DNA from: Nemertoderma westbladi | Lineage: Eukaryota; Animalia; Xenacoelomorpha | Direction of reading: 5' to 3' | NCBI GenBank assembly: GCA_032718475.1 | Contig: JAUCBJ010001014.1 | Location: 1-38,543, forward strand | Length of the DNA: 38,543 nucleotides | Part shown: positions 36,926-38,543 of the stretch, piece after piece | How positions within the stretch are numbered: position 1 is the stretch's first letter | How the letters are laid out: each line of letters begins with the position of its first letter | The notes under the pieces: generated by a model | The model's input: only the letters and a program-made list of their open reading frames with translations | Told to the model about the DNA's origin: nothing | Databases searched by the model: none | Position numbers and translations under genes: made by a program

Positions 36926-38503
36926 TGGTGATTCTGCAATAGAATATACTGTATTGCAGATAGTATTGTAAATAATATACTTCCAGAGTTTAAATCTGCT
37001 ATATATCAAAATCGTCGAGTGATGTTGACATTTTAGATTAAAAATATAACTTGTTCAAGGGATTAGACGCGTTGTGTGGGGAATTAATTTTTTATAAAAT
37101 TAACATGAGATCGTACCAAATGCAGTCAAGCTACTTCTGTTTATTAATAAAGTTTTTATCAGGTCGATCCAAAAAGATCGACCTAACCAACTTATCGGGC
37201 TAATTTAGTACCAAAGTTTATAAATATTGGCTGGAGCCAACAATTATTAGCTCGCTCTACTGAGACTATAAATACGAACATACGGTTCCGGGTCGTTACG
37301 TGAGGTACAGAAGTGGTGCAGATTCTGGCCCCAGGCCACGCTGATGTTCCGGATAATTTAACCTGTCAATAGGGTGTTGTTGTGGGTGCTGCTTGGGCTG
37401 ATTTTGATATTGAAAATTAGTTCCTTAAAGTAAAAATTTTACAGTAAACCCTGCACCCAAATGTAGTTGCACTAGATATTATGGTTAGAAATGCATGTCA
37501 CTCTAACCTAATCCTTTCCCTTAATAATTACCTTAAATAATGATTAACGAAGTTAAATATTCGCTAACTTAAGTTCATAAGTAAATTTCTCTCGACCCCC
37601 AGAAGCATCCGGTACCCCAATTAGAAATATATCTCAGGGTCCTCATAAAAGGAGGCGCCCTGAAATATATTTTTTCAAAGTGTCTCAAATCCAAAATATC
37701 AATACTGAAAATATAATACTACTACTACTAGGTCGAGCGAACTCGGACTCTAGAGGTCTTTCCCAGTTTTCCCATTACTATTATAATTACAGCATATTAG
37801 TGTTAGTGAAATCTCATTCAAAATGAGAAGGCATATCCATAGGCCTACCTGAGTTCATATCACTATATGTGTGCATAAGGCACTTTTGAAGAGTCAAGCA
37901 AGATATCTGGTTGCAAAAAAGTTTTTTTATATAATAATAATAATTTATTATAAGCAAAATATAAGCAGATTCCACGTAAACACTTTTACCACCTAGAGGA
38001 AGTTTGCGATGTCTAGAATATACTGTATGTGCCAGGTATATACAGTATCATGAAAAAAGGATTATAAACAATAATACTGTAGCCCTACGAATTGGCGGAA
38101 GGTTTTACATTTCAAACATTTCTGAAATGTTTTCATTTGAGCCCACTACACTACTACTGGTAGATTGGAGAACTGCCGAGGGATTACTGTCCCCACAAAG
38201 ACACCGCCTAAATGGATGGTCTAGTAGGCCTAGGTCTACGAATTACGTAAATCTGCCAAGTTTTTGCGTAAACGGATAACAAATAACGAAATTCACTCAG
38301 ACATTAATCTGGTTTATATTGCACCATTGCGCATATACTGTATACAGTATCAGCTGGTTAAACTCATTTCAGTAGTGTAACTAACTGATCATCCACAAAT
38401 TTATGGTTATGGGTTTTGTTTAATTTTAAAGTTAATACTTTATTATTATTAAACGTTGCTAGTTACTTTATTTAATATTGATTTATTTAAGTTCGCTGAC
38501 TGA

Positions 38504-38524
38504 GGGGGGGGGGGGGGGGGGGGG
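38504..38524. repeat. Poly-G tract (21 G)
   Basis: Directly visible homopolymer. Confidence 0.9.
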
Positions 38525-38543
38525 CTGCTTACTCTCATCCAGC

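Noticed and set aside
37161-37184. 9-bp stem hairpin AGGTCGATC-CAAAAA-GATCGACCT (possible Helitron end)
   Set aside because: No CTRR terminus or other element boundary is identifiable, and a single short hairpin is not enough.
38004-38279. 91-aa ORF
   Set aside because: Non-ATG start, no recognisable motif and no convincing splice context.

Overview
Eukaryotic (probably animal) genomic DNA. It carries the 3' part of a spliced + strand BEACH-family gene, best matching LYST/CHS1 (lysosomal trafficking regulator). I reconstructed 11 exons by hand (1215-34228, 2571 nt, 856 aa plus stop; PH-BEACH-WD40) with consistent GT-AG phases. About 70% of the window is one 26.6-kb intron (4271-30875) filled with ~400 tandem 64-70 bp units. 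Each unit copies the last ~52 nt of the upstream exon ([17 protein letters not shown]) plus its 5' splice site. Many units therefore read as a complete GTGAGT...TTAAC...CAG mini-intron, joined head to tail through CAG|GTGAGT. Amplification of the exon-end/donor junction also appears in three other introns of the same gene with unrelated sequences: an 18-bp array at 1-1000 (inferred, because its exon is outside the window), a degenerate ~20-bp array at 2053-2306 and a ~28-bp array at 30964-31146. Also present are higher-order duplications and fold-back inversions in the big array, a TIR-bounded MITE-like element, a tiny palindromic insertion with a flanking direct repeat, a decayed RTE-like LINE fragment lacking its YADD region, and two poly-G tracts. 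The many minus-strand ORFs across the arrays are repeat artefacts.
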